Positions 37,630 through 49,015 of a stretch of DNA of 64,000 bases are shown in pieces; the stretch's first letter is position 1; each line of letters starts with the position of its first letter. The DNA comes from Torpedo marmorata (lineage: Eukaryota): NCBI GenBank assembly GCA_977017645.1, contig OZ360219.1, positions 57,598,001 through 57,662,000 of the forward strand, read 5' to 3'. The position numbers and the translations under genes are program-made. The notes under the pieces were generated by a model. That model did no database searches, was not told the DNA's origin, and worked only from the letters and a program-made list of their open reading frames with translations.

Positions 37630-37855
37630 TTTAGTCCAAGAATTAGGATTATTGACTCGGTAGTCAATAAAATGGACTATTGACTCGTTAATCAATAGAA
37701 GACTATTTAGTCAAAGAATTTGGATTATTGACTCGTTAGTCAATAAAATGGACTATTGGCTCGTTAGTCAATAGAAGACTATTTAGTCAAAGAATTAGGA
37801 TTATTGACTGGTTAGTCAATAAAATGGACTATTGACTCGTTAGTCAATAGAAGAC
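37630..37855 (+). repeat. Three tandem 76-bp units, each with two hairpins, at the PBS position of the BEL element
   Basis: Units start at 37630, 37706 and 37782; each contains ttattgact-N4-agtcaataa and ctattgact-N4-agtcaatag (two units carry a single mismatch). Confidence 0.92.
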
Positions 37856-38173
37856 GGAATTGAAGACATAGAAAGTTGGAAATTGGATTTGGAAAGGAAG
37901 ACTAGATCGAATGGGCTCTGTTTAGAGCAGATCGATAAAGGAGGCACAAACATCAACAACACCAAGACCATTGAAGAAGCGGTAAGCCCTATTGGAAGTT
38001 CCTTCTGTGTGTTTATTACAATTTAGAACACAGTTTGGTGCAATTGCCTCTTGTCCTATGAGGACTGTTTTGGTTTTGGAGAGGTTGTTGTGCATGTTTG
38101 GTGTCTGAGTGTGACGATTGACTGAATGGAGGAAGCAGCAGCTGTAGCTGCTAAGGAACTATGTGTCGAGTAA

Positions 38174-41100
38174 ATGAAGGTATCAGAACTTATAGAAGAA
38201 TTGCCAAGTCGGCAATTAGAGACAAATGGAAGCAAAGCGACTCTTCAAGCAAGACTGAGGGAGGATATAGATAAGAAGAAGGTTACAGTTGTTAGGGATA
38301 CAAATCCCACAGAATTACTGCAAAAACCATTAATAGAAACTGAGATCGGCCACAAGGTAGTGGCTGAAGCTATACCACAAAATGGTGGTGTGGAGGATGA
38401 GCAATGCAAAATGGAGACAGGGTCAGAGATTAAGGCGAATCTGACATACAGGATGAAATAGGACCAAATGATAGTGCGTCAAATACTTCCAGCAGGAGAA
38501 GCAAGAGGAGCTCTAGAGCAAGCTCCAGAGTTTCAAGTACTGAAACTATATGTTTAAAGATTCAAGCATACGCGACAGCTCTTAAAGTGGAAAAAGCAAT
38601 GCTTCAGTTTAAATTGGTCTTAGAAGATAAGGACGAGCGGATAAGAATGACACGGGTGAGGCGACAACAAGTAAAGGAGCTACAGGAGGTGCAGTGATGG
38701 AGAGATGAGGAGCTACAGGAGGTGCAGCGACAGAGAGAAGAGGAGGTGCAGCGACGAAGAGAAGAGGAGCAGCAGTTGGAGCAGCTAAGAATGGAGGAAG
38801 TGCAGCTAAAAAGGCAAAAGAAGCAACTGGAACTGGACAAAAAAATTGCTGCTAATGAGGCCAGGTCACAGGCACTAGAAGGCTCAGTGATATTTGATGC
38901 TCCAAGTAAATGATCAAAAGTATCAAGTTTTGAGGAAGGACTTCAAAAAAAGAAAATATTGAATACCAAAGATGAGACAGTGCTACAATCACAATACGTG
39001 CTTGGTCCTGAAGTAGAAAGGTCTAGGCATAGGGCTGAGCCAGTGAGAGAACCACAGGACGTGCTTGGTCATGGACTAGGCAGATTAAGACTTGGTGCTG
39101 AGCCAGTGCTACAATCACAATACGTGCTTGGACCTGAAGTAGACAGGTCCAGGCATAGGGCTGAGCCAGTGATAGAACCACAGGAAGTGCTTGGTCATGA
39201 ACCAGGCAGGTTAATGCACAGGGCTAAGCCAGTGCTGCAGATGTGAGATGTGCAAGATCCCGAATTAATCGGGTTGATGCAAGGAGCCAGATCTCAAACC
39301 CCAATGATGGCCGGATTGGACAGAGATGGGAGCCAAATGCCATGTTATGGAGGGTCATACCAGGCGCTCCTGGCAAGTATTAGAAATCCGGGTGAAAAAA
39401 GTAACGTATGTCTAGGCATGACAAGACAAGATGAGATAGCTGCATCATTAATGCAGTTACAGACTCTCTCTGCTCTGCCCAAGAGAGAGATTCCATTTTT
39501 TTATGGTGACCCCCTTGAATTCCAATCGTTTATAAAAAGCTTTGAATGCCGTATTAAAATTAGATGTCAAAACCAGGAGGATTGTTATATTACTTGCAGC
39601 AGTTCACGAGAGGACCACTGCAAGAGTTTGTAAAGAGTTGCCAATATATGAATCCTAATGTAGGATTCAAACAGGCTATGTGGTTACTAGAGAAGCATTT
39701 TGGCGACAAGTATAGAATTTCTACAGCTTATTTACAGAAGGCTCTTTCATGGTCGTTAATAAGACCAGAGGACACAAAAGGTTTACAAGCTTATGCCCTG
39801 TTTCTAAGAGGATGTTGCAATGTCATGACGGAGATTGGCCATCTTCGAGAGCTTGACATATCTCAGAATTTGGTGATCATTGTAAATAAATTACCCAACC
39901 GGATGAGAGAATTATGAAGAAGTCAAGTTGTTGAATTCCAAAAAAGAAACTATGTGACAGCTACTTTTAAGGATTTGGTGGAGTTCATTGAAGGGCAAGT
40001 GGACGTTGTCACAGATCCAGTGTTTGGAATTATTAAAGTTACTCAAACAGTGAGTAAAGAAGTTGAGAAGTTCAAATCGTATCCTCAACCAAAATTGAAG
40101 AAAAGTACATTTGCCACCTCTCTGACAGTGGCGGATAAAGAAATTAAGAAAAATGAAAGTTCGCCTGTTGAGAAGAAATGTTTGTTCTGTAATGAAAAGC
40201 ACAATTTGGAAAAGTGTGTACAGATGGAAAAGAAGACGCATAGTGAGAAAATCGATTTTTTGAAGGAAAATGGAGTATGTTTTGGCTGTCTGTGTAAAGG
40301 ACACATCAGCAAAAACTGCAAAAAGCGACTCAGCTGCGACATATGTAGTCAAAAACATCCTAAGATACTACATATCCTTAAGGAAAAGAAGAATATGGAA
40401 AAGGAACAAACGACAAGGAAAGAGGCAGGTGAAAACAGTGCTGAAGCCTCGGTATTGACAAGTGGTCTTACTGGGGCCGGTGCAGATAACTGCAAACTCT
40501 CAATAGTGCCTGTACAAGTTAAGGCCAAGAACGGGAATGAAACGGTACGTACACATGCATTTCTTGACCCAGGTAGCACTGCGTCATTTTGCACAGTGAA
40601 ACTTATGAAAAGGCTTAATCTTGAAGGAAGAAGGTCAAGGATTATATTGAAAACAATGGGACAAGAAAAGGTCGTTGAAACTAACATCGTTTCAGGGTTA
40701 GAGGTTGCTGGAATACACAGCGACAATTTTTGTGATCTTCCAGGCATATACACACAGAAGACTATGCCTGTGCATAAAGGAAACATCCCACATCAAAATG
40801 ATGTGGATCAGTGGTCATATCTGAGGAAGGTTTATATACCGGAAGATAGCTCTGAGATAGAGATGCTAATTGGTTCAGATGTACCAAAGGCTCTGGAACC
40901 AATAGAAGAAATACCGAGTGTGAGAGATAGACCTTACGCTATCAAAACTATGCTTGGATGGACAATCAATGGACCATTAGAAAGAAAGAATGATATTGCT
41001 CAGAAGCAGTCAACAACAAGTGTCAATATGATATCTGTTGTGAAACTCAACGAACCATTGAAACAACCATTCAAGACAGACTTTCCTGAATGCCTCGATA

Positions 41101-41183
41101 ATGACCAAAAACCTTCAAAAGAATATAAACAGTTCTTAGAAAATCTTGCTGACGAAAATAAATCAAGAGCATCTAACCAGTAA
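38174..41183 (+). pseudogene. BEL gag-protease, disrupted by stops and frameshifts
   Basis: SAP-like N-terminus, LPKREIP.F.GDPL.F motif, three Cys/His knuckles (CLFC...H....C, CFGC...GH....C, CDIC...H...LH), protease FLDPGS, T.LGWTI.GP; 60-bp coding repeats at about 38978-39240. Confidence 0.88.
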
Positions 41184-41218
41184 AGAAGAAATTGTTTTCA
41201 TCAAAAGTGGATGAAAAT

Positions 41219-44200
41219 CTTTATTCCCAAGTATTTAATTCCTTCTTTTGACCATTTAAATTGTGTAATTTCTTTACATTTACTATAATCCCCTTGCGTT
41301 AATGCCATAATTTCACTTTTATCAGAATTAATCTTATATCCAGATATTTCCCCATATTCTCTCAATAAAGCAGACAATTGTACTAAAGAAGTAATAGGTT
41401 TTGTCATATATATCAATACATCATCTGCAAATAAACTAATTTTATGCTCTTCCGTTCCAACTTTAATACCTACAATTTTAACATCTTGTCTAACTAATTC
41501 TGCCAAAGGTTCTATCACAAAAGTAAACAAAGCTGGTGACAAAGGACATCCTTGTCTAGTAGATCTAGTCAGAGGAAATCTTGAAGAAATTTGTCCATTT
41601 GTAACTACTTTAGCAGATGGTTCTTTATATATAGTTTTAATCCAATTAATAAATATAGTTCCAAAACCAAATTTCTCCAATACCTTAAATAAAAAATTCC
41701 ACTCTAATCTATCAAAAGCCTTTTCAGCATCTAACGTTAATACTAATGGTAAATCTTCCTTCTTTTTATGCACGTTAATTAAACTAATTAATCTAGCTAT
41801 ATTATCTTTTGAATATCTATTTTTAATAAAACCAGCTTGATCTACATGAATTAAGTCTGGTAGATAATTAGCCATTCTATTTGCTAAAATTTTTGCCATT
41901 ATCTTATAATCTACATTTAGCAATGAAATAGGTCTGTATGATTCTGTTTTCAACACGTCTCTATCTTTTTTAGGTATAACTGTAATTATTGCATTCGAAA
42001 ATGTATCCGGTAATGAATGAGTTTCCGTAATTTGTTTCAATACATTCATATACGGAGGTATCAATAAATCTTTAAACTCCTTATAAAATTCTGATGGAAA
42101 ACCATCTTCCCATGGAGATTTACCACTCGTTAAAGAAGTAAGAACCTCTTTAACTTCCCTCATTGAGAAAGGCGAATCCAAAAAATCTTTATTTTGAGTA
42201 TTTAATTTAGGTAATTTAATTTTAGATAAAAATCTATTAATTTTAGAGTCATCTTGATCAATCTGAGATTTATATAAATTCAAATAATAATCTTTAAATG
42301 AATCATTTATTTCTCGAGGTTTATACGTTATTTCCCTAGAATTCTTTTTTTTTTACAGCATTTATAGTTCTAGAAGTTCGATCTTTCTTTAATTGCCATG
42401 CCAACGCTTTATGTGCTCTTTCTCCTAATTCATAATATCTTTGTTTAGTTTTTTCAATTAATTTTTCCATTTTATATGTTTGTAATAAATTATAATGCAA
42501 TTTTTTTCCAACTAAGTTATTCCTTTTTTGATCTGATCTGTTTTTTTGCAAATCTTTCTCCAAATATTCAATCTCCTTATAATTTATATAATTTATATAA
42601 ATTAAATTATTTACCATTGTTTATGAAAATTAAAAAAGATTTAGAGAGTTGGAAGGATTTACCTATAACTTTAATGGGAAGGGTAAATTGTATTAAAATA
42701 AATGTTTTTCCAAGAATTCAATATCTCTTTCAATCAATTCTTTATGAAATTCCTCAAAAATTTTTTAAAGATCTAAATTCAATTATTAGGAAGTTTTTAT
42801 GGAAAGGAAAGTTGGCAAGGGTAGGTATAGAAAAATTAACTTGGAATTATGAAATGGGTGGTTTGCAACTTCCTAATTTTCAAAATTATTATAAAGTAGC
42901 TCAATTAAAATTTGTTAATCAACTTTTTGATTTAACTAAATCTTCCGCTTGGATTAGAATAGAATTAAATAATATAGGAGAAGATTCTAAAGAAGAAGTT
43001 ATTTATAAATGGAATTCTAAATTAATTTTTTGAAGAGGTGACTAGGAATGTGGATGAGGGTAGCGCGGTGGATGTTGTCTATATGGATTTCAGTAAGGCC
43101 TTCGATAAGGTACCACATGGAAGGTTAGTTAGGAAGGTGCAGTCTTTAGGTATAAATTTTGAGATAGTCAAATGGATTGAACATTGGCTGAAAGGGAGAG
43201 GCCAGAGAGTGGTAGTGGATAATTGTCTGTCAGGTTGGAGGCCGGTGACCAGTGGTGTGCCTCAGGGATCTGTATTGGGCCCATTGTTGTTCGTTATATA
43301 CATTAATGATCTAGATGATGGGGTGGTGAACTGGATTAGTAAATATGCAGACGATACTAAGACAGGTGGAATAGTGGATAATGAAGAAGGTTTTCAAGGA
43401 TTGCAGAGGGATTTGGGCTGCTTAGAAAAGTGGGCTGAAAAATGGCAAATGGAGTTTAATGCTGATAAGTATGAGGTGCTTCATTTTGGTAAGAAGAATC
43501 AGAACAGGACATACCTAGTAAATGGGAGAGCATTGATGAATACAGAAGAGCAGAAAGATTTAGGAATAACGGTGCATCGTTCCCTGAAGGTAGAAACTCA
43601 TGTGAATAGGGTGGTGAAGAAGGCTTTTAGTATGCTGGCCTTTATCAATCATTGCATAGAATATAGGAGTTGGGAAGTGATGTTGAGATTATATAAGGCG
43701 TTGGTGCAGCCTAGTTTAGAGTTCTGTGTGCAGTTCTGGTCGCCAAATTATAGGAAGGATATCAACAGAGTGGAGAGAGTGCAGAGAAGATTTACCAGAA
43801 TGTTACCTGGGTTTAAGCATCTAGAGTACAAGGAGAGATTGAGCAGATTAGGTCTTTATTCATTGGAGCGTAGAAGGTTGAGAGGGGATTTGATAGAGGT
43901 ATTTAAGATTATGAAAGGGATAGACAGAGTGGATGTGGATAGACTATTTCCGTTAAGAGTAGGAGCGATTGAAACAAGAGGACATGAGTTAAGAGTTAAG
44001 GGGCAGAGGTTTAGAGGTAACATGAGGGGGAACTTCTTTACTCAGAGAGTGGTAGCGGTGTGGAATGAGCTTCCGGGAGAAGTCGTGGCGGCAGAGTCAA
44101 TTTTATTATTTAAGAAAAAGTTGGACAGGTATATGGATGAGAAGGAAGTGGAGGGTTATGGGCAGGGTGCAGGTAGGTGGGACTAGAGAGGAGTGTTTGG

Positions 44201-45573
44201 TTCGGTGCGGACTAGAAGGGCCTAATGGCCTGTTTCCGTGCTGTAATTGTTATATGGTTATATATGGTTATATGGTTAATATCAACAAGAAGGAAAAATT
44301 CTCCTATCCTTAAACATTTGCTAGAAATATGGAACAAAACGGATAAGGAAATAGGAGGAAAAGGATCGATTTCTCCAAAGATGCCTTTATATAAAAATGA
44401 ACTTATTCCATTTACTATTAATAATCAATTATTTAAAATTTGGTTTCAAAAAGGAATGAAGAAAATAAATGACTGTTTTGAAGCTGGGAAATTTATTACT
44501 TTTCAAAGAATGAAAGATAAATTTAATATATTGGACAATACACTTTTTGCTTATTATCAAAGTAGAGCATTTTTGGTTGGGAAATTAGGTTATAGTTTGA
44601 TTTTACCAAGACAGAATGAATTAGAATTATTAGTTACTAAGGGAGATGTAAATAAATTTATTTCTCACATGTATAGATCGTTTCAGAGAAAAATTCCTAA
44701 AGTAGGAATTCATAAATCAAGATTAAATTGGGAATTAGATTTGAATGTAACAATAGATGAAAATCATTGGAAAGAATTATGTAAATTAAGTATGACGAAG
44801 GTTATTAATGTTAGATATAGATTAGTACAATACAATTTTTTTCATCAATTATATTTAACACCTAAAAAATTAAAGAAATTCAATCCGACATTATCAGGTT
44901 TATGTTTTAGATGTAATAAAGAGAAAGGTTCTTTCATACATTCTACATGGTTTTGTCCAAAAGTTTATGATTTTTGGTTGAAATTTAAAAATTTTCTAGA
45001 CAAAGTATTAAAAATTACATTTCCAATGGATCCTATGATATTTCTGTTTGGAGATATCAAAAAAGTTAGTAATAAGATGAAATTAAATATGTATCAAATA
45101 GAATTTTTGCGAATTGCTTTAGCTGTTTCAAAGAAATGTATTGCTATTACTTGGAAATCTGATGTAGATTTAAGGTTAGAAAGATGGCATGCAGAACTTC
45201 GTTCATGTATACCGCTTGAAAAAATTACTTACAATTTACGTAATAAGTATCACTTCTTTTTAAAAATTTGGAGCCCATATATGAAAGTTGTCGGTTTAAG
45301 GATCTGAAGATCTCTGGACATCGGATCTACTGGCGAACCTAACCTTCATAATAGAATTAGTTTATTGATGTATTTTTTAGATTGACATTCTCCTTACTCT
45401 ATCTTTTTCTTTCTTTTTTATTTTATTTTTATTTTATTAGATTAGTAGGGTTGGGAGGGTTAGGGAGGGGAGGGTGGGAGGGGGGGTGAAAATGTATCAC
45501 AAGTATTTTGATAATTTTATATTTTATCTTATGTATTTTGTGATTTAAAATTTTAAATAAAATATTTTTTTTA
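41219..45573 (+). mobile_element. L1 with 5' inversion (41219 to ~42580 inverted, ~42589-45573 sense), itself interrupted by a CR1
   Basis: 16-bp TSD aaaagtggatgaaaat (41203-41218, 45574-45589); minus-strand RT ends KYLGIKI and the plus strand resumes NLYKLNY. Confidence 0.93.
43027..44278 (+). mobile_element. 5'-truncated young CR1 LINE inserted in L1 ORF2
   Basis: Open 382-aa RT fragment (YADD), (ttatatgg)n tail; L1 flanks rejoin as KWNSKLI|STRRKNS. Confidence 0.95.
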
Positions 45574-45991
45574 AAAAGTGGATGAAAATGAAGTATTAGA
45601 AGATGCTGCAAATACTGCTGGTGATTATTCCTGCTAAGCTAAATCTGGGGAAGGAATGAAACAAATGTTTGGGAACAAACCTGAAAGTAGCTTTTGTAGC
45701 CCAGATGCACCAGCAAACAAGATCAATGAAGAAATCTTGCAGTATGTTTTAAAATGGGCGAACACAGAAAATTGCGCTGATGGTATAAAGGAGCATTTCA
45801 TTGACAATATGGTGCAACTGCCTTCAAAGTACAAAATGTTGAAGAAGGACTTAGAAATATTGGATATTCCAGAAAACAGTGACCCAAAGGGTTTTAACTT
45901 TGCACTTGGAAACAAAACTGATTTTCAGAAAAATGGGAACGAATCTGATGATTCTTCAGTTTTGAAAGTAACCAAGAGAGAAGTTCAGAGA

Positions 45992-46311
45992 GCAGTTGAC
46001 AAGAATGGAGAATTAATTGTAAATAGAATTCGTAAAACCAAGCGGAAGAAAAGAATAACTACTAAAGAAATGAATGCAGTTATTGAAGAAAGGGATTTAG
46101 CCTTATCAAGATGCACACAGTTGAAAGAGGAGATTCATTTTTTGAAAGAGAACAAGTCATTGTTTAATGACACAAGCCAACTGACTATGGAAAACAATCA
46201 AGAATGTACCTTGAAAACCCAATTAATAACGATGCAGAAAGAAATAAATATTACATTTCAGCAATGTAAGAAGCAAGGTGAAAAAACTCAAACATCTCGA
46301 GTATACTACAG
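45992..46311 (+). pseudogene. MIPOL1: Captured intronless MIPOL1-like fragment inside the BEL element
   Basis: KNGELIVNRIRKTK..RIT.KEMNAVIEERDLALSRC..L..E...LT.ENNQE..LK..L..MQ...QQ.KK....QT.RVYY aligns with recalled MIPOL1 (KNGAIIVDRIYKTK..RITAEEMSALIEERDAALSKC...LTAENNQERALK...QTLRVYY). Confidence 0.8.
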
Positions 46312-46683
46312 AAGGGCTGAAAGCAGAGGTACCAATGCATCAAATCAAATAACCTTTTTACTCCAAGTCAAGTTACTAACTTCTCAGAAGATAACAGGAA
46401 AATTACTTTCCTATTGAAAGAATTAAATGAAGAGAGAGAATCTAATAAAAGACTTCAAGATAAATTGTCAGAAAATGAGACTGGATTTTACAGTTGCGTT
46501 GAAGGAGTGTCGGAGGAGGAGGAGGAGCGACTGGTGACTGGAGCTTGGTGAGTTAATTGGTGATTTTAAAAGGGCGTGGAGGGCAAAGGGTTAGGTTAAG
46601 TGTTGATCAGTCGTAGTGAGAAATTGGGTATTTGTGTTAATTAGCAGTGACCTATAACAGGAGGGGAAGCTGAGGGAGCGCCC

Positions 46684-46841
46684 AGGGAGTGAGTGGCATA
46701 GGGAGTGAGTGGCATAGGGAGTGAGTGGCATAGGGAGTGAGTGGCATAGGGAAGGAGTGGCATAGGGAAGGAGTGGCATAGGGAAGGAGTGGCATAGGGA
46801 AGGAGTGGCATAGGCAAGGAGTAGCATAGGCAAGGAGTGGC
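46684..46841 (+). repeat. 16-bp minisatellite in the CR1 5' UTR
   Basis: About 10 units: agggagtgagtggcat x4, agggaaggagtggcat x4, then aggcaagg variants. Confidence 0.9.
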
Positions 46842-49015
46842 GGTAGAGTTTCGAGGCTTTGGCTGCAGAGGCTGAGAAAGAGCTTGCTTGCTCTCAGAGA
46901 GGTACGGTTTGTTAGTTTATTACTCTAACTAAATGTTTATATATATATATATATAATGGAGGCAGCTAGGGCAGTGGATCGCTCCACTTGTGGGATGTGG
47001 GAAATCTGGGACAGCTTACTTGTCCCTAATGACTACACCTGCAAAAGGTCCATCCAGCTACAGCTGCTTACAACCCGAGTTAGGGAACTGGAGCTGGAGT
47101 TGGATGAATTGCGGATCTTGAGGGAGGCAGAGCAGTGGTAGACAGGAGTTCGAGGGAGGCAGTCACCGCTAAAATTCAGGAGGCAGGCAGTGGGTGACTG
47201 TAAGGAGAGGGAAATGGAAGGTACATAGAGTGCAGAGTACCCCTGTGGTCATGTCTCCAGCACAGAAGCTGGCCCCCTGGCTCAGAAAGGAAGGGGGGAG
47301 AAGAGGAGAGCGATAGTGATAGGGGACTCATTGGTTAGAAAAGTAGATAGGTGGTTCTGTGGACGAGATCGAGGCTCCAGGATGGTATGTTGCCTCCCAG
47401 GTGCCAGGGTCAGGGATGTCTCTGATTGAGTTCATCGGATTCTAAAGGGGGAGGGTGAGCAGCCGGATGTCGTGGTCCACGTGAGGACCAATGACATACA
47501 TAGGAGTAGGGAAGAGGTCCTGAAGAGAAAATACAGGGAGTTAGGAAAGAAGTTAAAAAGCAGGACCTCAAGGGCGGTATTCTCAGGATTGCTGCCTGTG
47601 CCACGCGCCAGAGAGGGTAGTAATAAGAAGTTATGGCAAATGAATGCGTGGTTGAAGAGTGGGAAGGTCTGACCTCTATAAAAGGGACGGGCTGCACCTG
47701 AACTGGAGAGGGACCAATGGCAGGTTTGCTAGAGCTGTTGGGGTGGGTTTAAACTAGTCTGGCTGGGGGGTGGGAATCAAAATATGGGTGTGAAGATTAG
47801 GGTAGAAGGGAACCAGGGTGTTAAGGTCAAGACAGAGGAATATATAAAAAAGTCAAAAATATTGTTCAGCAAAAATAACAACAAGGACAGGCAGGTGAAA
47901 AGAGAGGGTAATTTGCAGGGCAATAGAAATACAGCAAAATCGCTGACAGATACTGGTCTAAGTGTGCTGAACTTAAATGCACGGAACATTAGAAATAAAG
48001 TAGATGACCTTGATGTGCAGCTACAGATTAAAAGTTATGACATTGTGGCCATCACTGAGACATGTCTTAATGATGGATGTGATTGGGAGCTGAATGTCCA
48101 AGGGTACACAGTGATAGGCAGGTAGGTAGAGAGGGTGGCGTGGCCCTGATGGTAAGCAATGATATTAAATCACTAGAAAGGAGGGACATAGGGTCAGATG
48201 TGGTAGAATCCTTATGGGTTGAGTTAAGAAATGGTAAGGGTAAAAGGACTCTATTAGCAGTTATATACAGGCCCCAAAACAGCAGCTGGGAAGTGGAATA
48301 TGAGTTACAGATGGAAATAGAAAAAACAGTGTCAGAAGGAAAATGTCAAAATAATTATGGGGGATTTTAACATGAAAGGAGATTGGGAGAGTCAGGAAGG
48401 TACTGGATTGCAGGAGAGAGAGTTTGTAGAATGCCTAAGGGATGGCTTTTTGGAACAGCTTGTCGATAATCCCACCAGGGGATCGGCGATTTTGGATTGG
48501 GTGATGTGTAATGAACCTGAGGTAATTAGGGAATTAAGGGTATTGGAGCCCTTAGGAAGTAGTGATCACAATATGATTGAGTTCAGTTTCAAATTTGAAA
48601 AGGGAAAGCTGAGATCAGGTGTGTCAATATTTCAGTGGAACAAAGGAAATTACAGTGGTATGAGAGAAGAACTGGCCCAGGTTGACTGGAAAAGTAAACT
48701 AGATGAAGGGACGGCAGAGCAAAATAGGATGATATTTCTACAAGAAATAAAGAAAGTGCAGGATAAATATATTCCAAGAAAAAAGAAAATTATGAATGGA
48801 AAAATTGCACAAATGTGGATTACTAGAGAGGTTAAGACTAAAATAAAAGCAAAAGATAGGGCATACAAAGAAGCAAAAACTAGTGGAAAAACAGAGGACT
48901 GGGAAACTTTTTAAAAACTTACAGAAAGAGACAAAGAAAGTCGAGATGAATTATGAAAGGAGGTTGGCAAATAATATACAAAAGGATACTGAGTTTTTTC
49001 AAATATATAAAGAGT

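Noticed and set aside
37630-37855. CRISPR-like array of palindromic repeats
   Set aside because: The spacers repeat along with the units, there are no cas genes, and the context is a eukaryotic LTR element.
45656-46417. Independent host gene or env gene
   Set aside because: It lies inside the LTR element, shows no signal peptide or transmembrane segment, and only part resembles MIPOL1; better explained as captured cargo.
46591-46833. Repetitive ORF MPMLLLAYATPSLCHS...
   Set aside because: Translation of the 16-bp minisatellite in the CR1 5' UTR.
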